A stretch of DNA of 44,928 bases from Gammaproteobacteria bacterium (GTDB taxonomy: Bacteria; Pseudomonadota; Gammaproteobacteria; DRLM01). Positions 19,349 to 27,458 of this stretch are shown here, piece by piece. The DNA lies in assembly GCA_919903055.1 (NCBI GenBank), contig CAKKSB010000081.1, forward strand, positions 4,303 to 49,230, given 5' to 3'. Made by a program: the position numbers and the translations under genes. Numbering within the stretch: position 1 is the first letter of the stretch; every line of letters starts with the position of its first letter. The notes under the pieces were generated by a model. That model was not told the DNA's origin. It worked only from the letters and a program-made list of their open reading frames with translations, and ran no database searches.

Positions 19349-21408
19349 TGGTGCCAGAGATTGGACATTTCGCGCTGATTATCGCCTTGTGCATGGCCTT
19401 GGTGCAGGGCAGCTTGCCGATTATCGGCGCCGCGCGGGGAATACCGCGCTGGATGGCCCTGGCCCGGCCGCTGGCGCAAGGCATGTTCGTCTTCATCGCC
19501 GTCGCCTTCGCCTGTCTCACCTACTCGTTTATTCAAAATGATTTCTCCGTGCTCTACGTCGCGACCCAGTCCAACTCGGCGCTGCCGCTGCAATACCGTA
19601 TCGCCGGCGTGTGGGGCGGCCATGAAGGTTCGCTGCTGCTGTGGATATTAATGCTCACGGGTTGGATGATGGCGGTCAGCGTGTTCAGCCGTCATCTGCC
19701 CGATGAGATGGCGGCGCGGGTGCTGGGGGTGATGGGTTTGGTGGCGGTAGGCTTTATCTCGTTCACATTGTTTACCTCCAATCCTTTCGCCCGTTTATTG
19801 CCCGCCGCGCTCGACGGCCGGGACTTGAATCCTTTATTGCAAGACTTCGGTTTGATTATCCATCCGCCCATGCTGTACATGGGTTACGTCGGTTTCTCGG
19901 TGGCGTTCGCGTTCGCTATCGCCGCGTTGCTCGGCGGCAAGCTCGACGCCACCTGGGCGCGCTGGTCGCGGCCGTGGACCACGGTGGCCTGGATGTTTCT
20001 CACCATCGGCATCGCCCTCGGCAGCTGGTGGGCCTATTACGAATTGGGTTGGGGCGGCTGGTGGTTTTGGGATCCGGTCGAGAACGCCTCGTTCATGCCG
20101 TGGCTGGTCGGCACAGCACTGATCCATTCGCTCGCCGTCACCGAAAAACGCGGCAGCTTCAAGAGCTGGACCGTGCTGCTTGCAATCACGGCGTTTTCGC
20201 TGAGCCTGCTCGGCACCTTCCTCGTGCGTTCGGGCGTGTTGACCTCGGTGCATTCCTTCGCCAGCGATCCGGAACGCGGCTTATTCATTTTGGTGTTTCT
20301 GGTGATCGTGGTCGGCGGCTCGCTCGCGCTGTTCGCCTGGCGCGCGCCTAAAGTCGGTTTGGGCGGACGCTTCGACGTGTTGTCGCGCGAGACCATGCTG
20401 CTCGCGAATAACGTGCTGTTCGTGGTCGCCGCCGGCACGGTGTTGATCGGCACCTTGGCGCCGCTGGTGGTGGACGCCATGGCCGCGCTCGGCGTGATCG
20501 GCGCGACCAATAAAATTTCGGTGGGCGCGCCGTATTTCAACGCGGTATTTATTCCCATCATGACCGCCGTGGTGTTTTTGATGGGAGTCGGGCCGGTCGC
20601 CAAATGGAAAAAAGCCACCGTGCCTGAATTGGGACGGCGGATACGCTGGGCCGCCGCGGTTGCGATCGTCATGGCCATCATCACGCCGTTCGTGATGGGC
20701 CACTGGTCGTGGCTGGTCAGCCTGGGCGCGTTGATGGCCTTTTGGATCGTCGCCACCGTGCTGTTGAGTCTGCGCGACCGCTTGAGCCGGACTCCCGGCG
20801 ACAAGCCGTGGCCGGTGCGTCTAGTGAATCTGCCCACCAGTTACCTTGGCATGCAGCTCGCGCATTTCGGGGTGGCGGTGTTCATCCTCGGTGTGATGGG
20901 GGTGAGCGGTTACGAGGAAGGCAAAGATGTGCGCATGGAGATCGGCGACACGGTCGAAGTGTCGGGTTACACCTTCCGCTTCGACGGCGTGATCAGTGCC
21001 AAAGGCGCGAACTACGACGCGCAACGCGGACTGGTCACGGTATTCAAAGGCGAGCAGCCGCTGATGCAGCTGCATCCCGAGAAGCGCGTTTATCGCGTGC
21101 AGCAAAATCCGATGACCGAAGCGGCCATCGACAGCGGCTTTTTCCGCCACTTGTTCGTGGCGTTGGGCGAGCCGGTGGGCAACGGCGCCTGGAGTGTCCG
21201 CGTTTATTACAAACCCTTGATCAGCTGGGTTTGGACCGGTTGCGGCTTGATGGCCTTGGGCGGTTTGCTGGCCATCAGTGACCGTCGTTACCGCGTGCTG
21301 GCGCGCAAGCAGCGGCAAATGGCCGAAGCGGGCGAAGGGGAAGCCAATGTTTCAGATGTGCCGGTTCCGGCCGGCGGCTTGCTGCACGGCGCGGAGGTAA
21401 AATCCTGA
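19348..21408 (+). CDS. ccmF: cytochrome c heme lyase subunit CcmF
   Basis: 686-aa polytopic protein with WWAYYELGWGGWWFWDPVEN (WWD domain). Confidence 0.93.
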   Translation: MVPEIGHFALIIALCMALVQGSLPIIGAARGIPRWMALARPLAQGMFVFIAVAFACLTYSFIQNDFSVLYVATQSNSALPLQYRIAGVWGGHEGSLLLWILMLTGWMMAVSVFSRHLPDEMAARVLGVMGLVAVGFISFTLFTSNPFARLLPAALDGRDLNPLLQDFGLIIHPPMLYMGYVGFSVAFAFAIAALLGGKLDATWARWSRPWTTVAWMFLTIGIALGSWWAYYELGWGGWWFWDPVENASFMPWLVGTALIHSLAVTEKRGSFKSWTVLLAITAFSLSLLGTFLVRSGVLTSVHSFASDPERGLFILVFLVIVVGGSLALFAWRAPKVGLGGRFDVLSRETMLLANNVLFVVAAGTVLIGTLAPLVVDAMAALGVIGATNKISVGAPYFNAVFIPIMTAVVFLMGVGPVAKWKKATVPELGRRIRWAAAVAIVMAIITPFVMGHWSWLVSLGALMAFWIVATVLLSLRDRLSRTPGDKPWPVRLVNLPTSYLGMQLAHFGVAVFILGVMGVSGYEEGKDVRMEIGDTVEVSGYTFRFDGVISAKGANYDAQRGLVTVFKGEQPLMQLHPEKRVYRVQQNPMTEAAIDSGFFRHLFVALGEPVGNGAWSVRVYYKPLISWVWTGCGLMALGGLLAISDRRYRVLARKQRQMAEAGEGEANVSDVPVPAGGLLHGAEVKS

Positions 21409-21932
21409 TGGGTCGTTTTCTAGTCCCGCTCGGGGTGTTCGGTTTGTTGGCGGTGTTTTTGTTCATCGGACTCAGTCTCAAACCCAGTGAGATTCCTTCG
21501 CCCTTGCTCGACAAAGCGGCGCCGGTGTTTTCGTTGCCGCAATTGCATGAGCCCGACAAAACCTTCGCGCCCGCCGAGTTGCGCGGCCAAGTGTGGTTGT
21601 TCAACGTGTGGGCTTCGTGGTGCGTGTCCTGCCGCCAGGAACATCCGGTGTTGATGCAATTGGCGCGTACCGGTGAAGTGCCTATTTACGGTCTCAATTA
21701 CAAAGACGCACGGGAAGACGGTTTGCGCTGGTTGCAGCAGTTCGGCAATCCTTACGTGGCGAGCGCCTATGACAATGCCGGACAAGTCGGCATCGATTAC
21801 GGCGTGTACGGCGTGCCCGAAACATACGTGATCGATCGCGAAGGCGTGATCCGCCACAAACACATCGGCCCGATCTCGCCGGACGTGTTGACCAATGAAA
21901 TCCTCCCTATCGTAAGGAAACTCAAAGGATGA
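21408..21932 (+). CDS. ccmG: thiol:disulfide interchange protein CcmG/DsbE
   Basis: N-terminal anchor and thioredoxin fold with WASWCVSCRQEHP and GVYGVPETYVID. Confidence 0.92.
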   Translation: MGRFLVPLGVFGLLAVFLFIGLSLKPSEIPSPLLDKAAPVFSLPQLHEPDKTFAPAELRGQVWLFNVWASWCVSCRQEHPVLMQLARTGEVPIYGLNYKDAREDGLRWLQQFGNPYVASAYDNAGQVGIDYGVYGVPETYVIDREGVIRHKHIGPISPDVLTNEILPIVRKLKG

Positions 21933-22405
21933 AGCAGCTGATCTTGGTTTGGCTGCTGCTGGTCGGCGGCACTCTGGCGTGCGTGGCGAAAGAAGCCGCG
22001 CCGGTGATGGGCGACGCGGCCATGCAGGAACGGGTGATGAAGCTCTCCGGGGAATTGCGCTGTCTGGTCTGCCAAGGCCAATCCTTGGCCGACTCGCATT
22101 CCGATTTCGCCATCGACATGCGCAATAAGATCATGGCGCTCATGAATCAGGGGATGAGCGATCAGGAAGTGAAGGACTTTCTGGTGGATCGCTACGGCGA
22201 ATTCATTTTGTACAGTCCGCCCTTCTCCGGTATCACCACCATGGTGTGGCTGGGTCCGCTGGTATTGTTCACCATCGGCGCGGGGGTGTTGTTCTTCAAC
22301 CTCAAGCGGCGGCGCAAGACCGTGACCGAGACCACGCTGTCGCCGGAAGAAGAGAGCCGGGTGCACAGCTTGTTGAATAAAGAGTCAGGGGATAAACACG
22401 CATGA
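21929..22405 (+). CDS. ccmH: cytochrome c-type biogenesis protein CcmH
   Basis: LRCLVCQGQSLADS (LRCxxC) motif, a later TM segment, and overlapping starts. Confidence 0.9.
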   Translation: MKQLILVWLLLVGGTLACVAKEAAPVMGDAAMQERVMKLSGELRCLVCQGQSLADSHSDFAIDMRNKIMALMNQGMSDQEVKDFLVDRYGEFILYSPPFSGITTMVWLGPLVLFTIGAGVLFFNLKRRRKTVTETTLSPEEESRVHSLLNKESGDKHA

Positions 22406-23655
22406 TGATTTTTTCCGTGGTCGCGGCGCTGTTACTTGCCGCGGCGTTGTTGTTCATCGTCCCTTCGTTGTGGCGCCAGCACGGCCGTAAAGGCGTGCAG
22501 CGCGACCGTTCCAATCTGGAAATATATAAAGACCAGCTCGCCGAATTGGAGGCCGATCTCAACGCCGGCACCGTCAGCCAGGAACAATTCGAGCACGGCC
22601 GCGTGGAATTGGAACGGCGTTTATTGGACGATGTCGCGCAACAGCCCGCGCCGCCACCGGTGATCGACGACAGAGGCGCGGGGCGCGGCGCGGCGATAAC
22701 CGTGGTTTTATTCATTCCCGTGCTGGCGGTGCTGATCTACCTCATCCAAGGCGCGCCGAATGCCATTTCGCCGGAGCCGATTGCACCGGTGGCGGTAAAT
22801 GGCAACGGCGCCGAACAGCCCAGCCATGAGATCACCGAGGATCAAATCCAGAGCATGGTTGCGAAACTGGCCGAGCGTATGGAAACCAATCCCAACGATA
22901 CCGAAGGCTGGCTGATGCTCGGCCGTTCTTACGGCGCGTTAGGCCGTTACGCCGAAGCGGTGGCCGCGTTGGAAAAAGCGGTGGCCTTGCAGCCGGACAG
23001 CGCCGACTTGCTGGTGGATTACGCCGACGTGCTGGCCATGTCCAGCGGCGAAACCCTGGATGGCAAACCCGCCGAATTGATCGCGCGCGCTTTGAGCCTC
23101 GATCCCAATAATCAAAAAGGCTTGTGGCTGGCGGGCACCGCGGCTTTCGACCGAGGTGATTTCAATACCGCCATCGGTCATTGGGAACACTTGCTGGGGC
23201 AGTTGCCGCCCGGCTCGCAAGAAGCCCAGGCCATGACCAATAATATCGCCGAGGCCCGTTCCAAAAGCGGACAAGCCGGTGCTGTAACCGCCCCGACGGC
23301 GGCGGACCAACCGGCCGAGATCCAGGGAACCGTGCGCCTCAAGCCGGAATTGGCGGGACGCGCCGCGCCCACCGATACGGTGTTCGTGTTCGCCCGCGCC
23401 GTGCAGGGGCCGCGCATGCCGCTGGCCATCGTGCGGGTGCAGGTGAAGGATTTGCCGCTGCAATTCAATTTGAACGATACCCAGGCCGTGACGCCGATGG
23501 CGCGTTTGTCCGGTTACACCGAGGTCGTGGTGGGCGCCCGCATCTCCAAGAGCGGCAACGCCATGCCGGAAAGTGGCGACTTGGAGGGTGTCGTCAATGC
23601 CGTGCAAGTGGGCAGCAGCGGTATTAATGTGACGATCGATACGGTCGTGCCTTGA
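22402..23655 (+). CDS. ccmI: c-type cytochrome biogenesis protein CcmI (TPR)
   Basis: Two N-terminal TM helices with an LEIYKDQLAELEADL cytoplasmic loop. Periplasmic TPR repeats (GWLMLGRSYGALGRYAEAVAALEKAVAL). Last gene of the ccm cluster. Confidence 0.85.
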   Translation: MMIFSVVAALLLAAALLFIVPSLWRQHGRKGVQRDRSNLEIYKDQLAELEADLNAGTVSQEQFEHGRVELERRLLDDVAQQPAPPPVIDDRGAGRGAAITVVLFIPVLAVLIYLIQGAPNAISPEPIAPVAVNGNGAEQPSHEITEDQIQSMVAKLAERMETNPNDTEGWLMLGRSYGALGRYAEAVAALEKAVALQPDSADLLVDYADVLAMSSGETLDGKPAELIARALSLDPNNQKGLWLAGTAAFDRGDFNTAIGHWEHLLGQLPPGSQEAQAMTNNIAEARSKSGQAGAVTAPTAADQPAEIQGTVRLKPELAGRAAPTDTVFVFARAVQGPRMPLAIVRVQVKDLPLQFNLNDTQAVTPMARLSGYTEVVVGARISKSGNAMPESGDLEGVVNAVQVGSSGINVTIDTVVP

Positions 23656-23706
23656 CCGGCGGATCACGGCCGGCGGTTTCCGCCATGGAGAGTGAAGGCC
23701 TATGAT

Positions 23707-23850
23707 CCTGAAAAAAGCGGTTGACCACGGAGGACACGGAGTTCACGGAGAAAAAATCGGGGACTTCACGCCTGGGACGAACTCGCTCAAGCGGCGAGTT
23801 CGTCCGATGCTCATCCTGATTCTCCGTGTCCTCCGTGATCTCCGCGGTTT
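23707..23850. repeat. nested-palindrome intergenic repeat element (MITE/REP-like), full copy
   Basis: Outer inverted repeat CACGGAGGACACGGAG (23726-23741) and CTCCGTGTCCTCCGTG (22 bases later in the line, 23822-23837). Inner perfect 12-bp hairpin GGACGAACTCGC (23775-23786) and GCGAGTTCGTCC (23794-23805). A related half-copy lies at 36274-36361. Confidence 0.8.
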
Positions 23851-23853
23851 AGG

Positions 23854-24414
23854 ATGAGAGGGATGAAGACTCACCAGTGGGTCGCGGGTTTGGTGGTCGT
23901 CCTGTTGATGCTGGGGGGCTGCGGTAAGGCGGCGCCGCCGACCGATAAAGTCGTGCTGGACGAACCTTTTCCGTCTCTCAAGGTGACGAGTCTGGACGGC
24001 GAAGTCCTGCCTTTATCGGCGGCACGCGGCAAGCTGGTGGTGCTGAATATCTGGGCGACTTGGTGCGGTCCCTGCCGAAAAGAACTGCCGAGTCTGCAGC
24101 GTTTGAGCCAGACCTTGGATGCGCGGCGTTTCGAAGTGCTGGGCGTGGCCTTGGACGAGGACGCGCATGTGGTGCGCGAATACCTCATCGACAAGGGCGT
24201 GATCTATCCCAATTGGTTGGACCCGGCTTTGAAGGCGGCGGACGACGTGCTGGGCATAACGGCTTATCCCTATACTTTTTTCATCAGTCCCGAGGGACGC
24301 TTATTGGGGCGGGTGGTCGGCCTGGCGGAATGGGACGATCCCAAAGTGATCCACGCCTTGGAAGCGGCGTATCGCGGCGATACCTCGGGTTTGGCGGCTT
24401 TGTCCCGGCGTTAA
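23854..24414 (+). CDS. TlpA/ResA-like thioredoxin-fold thiol:disulfide oxidoreductase lipoprotein
   Basis: Signal peptide plus lipobox (LGGCG) and WATWCGPCRKELP active site. The alternative ATG at 23863 has better spacing to AGGA. Confidence 0.85.
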   Translation: MRGMKTHQWVAGLVVVLLMLGGCGKAAPPTDKVVLDEPFPSLKVTSLDGEVLPLSAARGKLVVLNIWATWCGPCRKELPSLQRLSQTLDARRFEVLGVALDEDAHVVREYLIDKGVIYPNWLDPALKAADDVLGITAYPYTFFISPEGRLLGRVVGLAEWDDPKVIHALEAAYRGDTSGLAALSRR

Positions 24415-24538
24415 GCGGCGAACCTGCACGTACCGCGGCCAGGTTGCGCGGTGCCGGCTTCTCAGTCCTGGCGCCGCTTGTTACTATTCCGCACCGCCGC
24501 TGCGCTCACTAGGGGCAATCACCAGGAGGATGACAATA

Positions 24539-24871
24539 ATGAACACCTTGTTTCGCAGTACACGCAGCAGCGCAATCGCGGCCATGGCGATGGCCTTGTG
24601 CGCCGGATGGTTGACCAGCGCCGCGCAGGCGGCGGATCCCAAGAACGGTGCGGCTTTGTATAACCAACACTGCGCGAACTGCCACGGCCAGCGCGGCGCG
24701 CCGGTCATGCCCGGCGTGCCCGACTTCTCCCGCCGCGAACGGTTGATGCAATCGGATCTGGATTTGATCAAGGCCATTTCCCGCGGCAAAGGCATGATGC
24801 CGGCGTATCAAGGGCTGCTCAGTGAAAACGACATCCTGGATGTCATCTCCCATTTAAGAAACTTGCGGTGA
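24539..24871 (+). CDS. monoheme class I cytochrome c
   Basis: Signal peptide (AAMAMALCAGWLTSAAQA), a single CANCHG heme motif, and a distal MMPAY (likely Met ligand). AGGAGG lies 9 nt upstream of ATG 24539. Confidence 0.85.
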   Translation: MNTLFRSTRSSAIAAMAMALCAGWLTSAAQAADPKNGAALYNQHCANCHGQRGAPVMPGVPDFSRRERLMQSDLDLIKAISRGKGMMPAYQGLLSENDILDVISHLRNLR

Positions 24872-25998
24872 AAATCAGTTTCGGCATGCGCTGGGCCTTG
24901 GCCGTGCTGAGCGTGATGCTCAGCGGCGGTTGCAGTTCCTCGGAAAAGGGCGGCGAGCTGGCGGCGAAACCCGCTCTCGCCGCCAGCGTTCCTTTCGAGG
25001 TGTTGGAATCGTTCGGGGTCGGCGACGACGTCTACGTCCGTTCCCTCGCCGTCGATACCGCCGCCAACAGCATGTGGGTCGGCACCTCGGTCGGGGTGCA
25101 TGAAGTCGATTTGACCAGCCGCGATCCGCGCCAGACCTTCACCCGCAAGGAGGGCCTCGCCAATGAATATGTGTTCGCGATCCTGGTGGATAGCCAGGGC
25201 AATAAATGGTTCGGCACCAACGGCGGCGGCGTGACCCGTTACCGCGACGGCCAGTGGCAGACTTATTTTCCCATGCATGGCCTGGCCGATTACTGGGTGT
25301 ATTCCTTCGCCGAGCAGCCGGGCGGCACGCTGTGGATAGGCACTTGGGCCGGCGTCAATCGGCTGGACACGGCGGGCGGCAAGTTCACCACCTACGTCAA
25401 AGAGCTGGTCAACGAATGGGTGTACGGCGCCGCGGTGGACGCCCAGCAGCGGGTGTGGTTCGGTACCGAAGGCGGCGTGTCGATGTTCGACGGCAAACAG
25501 TGGCGGAGCTGGACTCATGCCGATGGGCTGGGCGCGTCCAACACCGACAATCTGCCCATCAGCCTGAACACCGGGCTCGGCACCCGTTCCCGGCATGACT
25601 TGAGCGTGCTGGCCGACGGCGAGCCCAGTTACAACCCCAATTACGTCTTTTCGATGAAAGTGGCGGCGGACAACGCGGTGTGGGCCGGCACCTGGGGCGG
25701 CGGGGTCGGCCGCTACGACGGCAAGACCTGGAAAAATTACACCGCTCAGGACGGCTTGGCGGGTAATATCGTCTTCAGTATCGCCCAGGCGCCGGACGGC
25801 GCGATGTGGTTCGGCACCAATCAGGGTGTGTCCCGTTTCGACGGTAAACACTGGCAGACCTTGCGGCGCGGCGACGGTTTATTCGCCGACAGCGTTTACA
25901 CGGTGGCGGTGGCGCCGAACGGTGAAGCCTGGGTGGGCACCCGGCGCGGGGTGTCGCGCATCGGTCCCGCCAGCGCTAAAGAGGTGAGCAAAAAGTGA
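24868..25998 (+). CDS. stand-alone beta-propeller lipoprotein with two-component-regulator-propeller (Reg_prop)-type repeats
   Basis: Lipobox LSGGCSS. Seven repeats of the W(V/F/I)GT..G(V)..(Y/F)DG..W..(Y/F) type, for example WFGTNGGGVTRYRDGQWQTY and WAGTWGGGVGRYDGKTWKNY. GTGA start/stop overlap with the cytochrome c gene. Confidence 0.75.
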   Translation: MKISFGMRWALAVLSVMLSGGCSSSEKGGELAAKPALAASVPFEVLESFGVGDDVYVRSLAVDTAANSMWVGTSVGVHEVDLTSRDPRQTFTRKEGLANEYVFAILVDSQGNKWFGTNGGGVTRYRDGQWQTYFPMHGLADYWVYSFAEQPGGTLWIGTWAGVNRLDTAGGKFTTYVKELVNEWVYGAAVDAQQRVWFGTEGGVSMFDGKQWRSWTHADGLGASNTDNLPISLNTGLGTRSRHDLSVLADGEPSYNPNYVFSMKVAADNAVWAGTWGGGVGRYDGKTWKNYTAQDGLAGNIVFSIAQAPDGAMWFGTNQGVSRFDGKHWQTLRRGDGLFADSVYTVAVAPNGEAWVGTRRGVSRIGPASAKEVSKK

Positions 25999-27221
25999 AG
26001 ATCGGTGTTAAAGGGATTGCCATCGGCCTGATCGCCGCGAGCGGCGTGCTGGTGGCGGCCTATCAATTCGGCATTCAGCGCCATGCCGATGGCTTGAGCG
26101 CCAACGCGGCGGGCACGGCGCAGAATGGCGCCGCGCCCAGTGGTGTCATGCCGGCCAATCACCCCGCGACGGCGGGCGGCGGCGGGTCCGCCGGCGACAA
26201 TAAATTCGCCCACTTCCGGGTCGGCAATCGCAATGTGAAGAGCATTTACGCCGACGGCGGCGTGGTGTGGATAGGCACCTCGGGCGGGGTGATCCGCTAC
26301 GATGTCGCGGCGGATAAATACAAGCTGTTCGACAATCAGCTGGACGGCCTGTTGTCCAACGGGGTGTTTCATGTCAGCCGGGTCGGCCAGCGGATGGTGG
26401 TGGGCACGTATGGCGGCGGCATGTCGGTGTACGATCCGGCCAAGGACGCCTGGCGCAATTACAATATTCCCGACGGCTTGGCCGACCAGTTCGTCTATGA
26501 CGTGCAGCAAGTGCGCAACGGTGACGTGTGGATCGCCACCTGGTCCGGCGCCAACCGGGTGCGCGGCGGGGCCTTCGAAGATCCCAGCCAATGGGAAACT
26601 TTTACCGTCGAGAACACCGGCGGCGGTCTGCCCAATCCCTGGGTCTATGCACTCGACGAGGGCAAGAACGGCGAGATGTGGTTCGCCACCGAATACGGTC
26701 TGGCCCGTTATCAGAACGGCAAATGGGATCATTGGCAACACGCCGACGGTTTAGGTGCGCCCTACGAACAGGTCAAAGAGGCCATCCAATTCACCAGCGA
26801 TCCCGGCCAGGCCTCGTCCCACCATGCCCAGCAAAAAGTCGAGCAGGGTTTGCAGGACGTCAATGTGGCCTATAATCCCAATTACATCATCTCCCTGGCG
26901 GTGACCGACGACGGGGTGGTGTGGTGCGGTACCTGGGGCGGCGGCTTGGCGCGTTTCGACGGCAAAACCTGGCATAATTTCACCACACAGGACGGCTTGC
27001 CGGCCAATCACATTTTCATGTTGTACAAGGGGCCGGACGGCCAGTTGTGGGCCGGTACCAGCCGGGGTTTGGCGCGGCTCAATGCCGACGGCAAGGGGTT
27101 TACGGTGCTGACCACCAGCGACGGTTTGTTCGCGGATAATGTCTTCTCCATGGCCCACGCCCAGGACGGCAGTGTGTGGGTAGGCAGTTTTGGCGGCGTG
27201 GCCCGGCTCAACGGTTTATAG
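25995..27221 (+). CDS. second stand-alone Reg_prop-type beta-propeller protein (membrane-anchored or secreted)
   Basis: N-terminal hydrophobic segment (IAIGLIAASGVLVAAY). Seven repeats, for example WIGTSGGVIRYD, MWFATEYGLARYQNGKWDHW and VWCGTWGGGLARFDGKTWHNF. GTGA overlap with the upstream gene. Paralogous to 24868-25998. Confidence 0.75.
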   Translation: MKIGVKGIAIGLIAASGVLVAAYQFGIQRHADGLSANAAGTAQNGAAPSGVMPANHPATAGGGGSAGDNKFAHFRVGNRNVKSIYADGGVVWIGTSGGVIRYDVAADKYKLFDNQLDGLLSNGVFHVSRVGQRMVVGTYGGGMSVYDPAKDAWRNYNIPDGLADQFVYDVQQVRNGDVWIATWSGANRVRGGAFEDPSQWETFTVENTGGGLPNPWVYALDEGKNGEMWFATEYGLARYQNGKWDHWQHADGLGAPYEQVKEAIQFTSDPGQASSHHAQQKVEQGLQDVNVAYNPNYIISLAVTDDGVVWCGTWGGGLARFDGKTWHNFTTQDGLPANHIFMLYKGPDGQLWAGTSRGLARLNADGKGFTVLTTSDGLFADNVFSMAHAQDGSVWVGSFGGVARLNGL

Positions 27222-27458
27222 TGCCTCATCTCCCTGTCTAATTGACGCTAGCCTAGGGTTTTTCCTAGATTTTAGCTGTAGTTCCGCGAATTGCCGCCGT
27301 TAACCCTGTGGGACCTATGTAGGTTCCGCAGAGAGACATATGCCACAAACATTAGGTATGTATCATCCTTATTCCGCTCGAGGAGCGGCTGATTCTCGTC
27401 CTTTCCGAAGCCGGGGCAGGCGGGTATTTGTTGGTTTGACCGCAGCCGCGGTGTCGCC

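Noticed and set aside
27222-27458. Small ORF 27272-27562(-) and a possible promoter (TTGACG 27242-27247 ... TAGATT) in the lower-GC spacer upstream of the GGDEF-EAL gene
   Set aside because: The ORF overlaps the sensor gene start on the opposite strand and has no recognisable features. The promoter guess has 18-nt spacing and a poor -10 element, so it is not supportable without TSS data.
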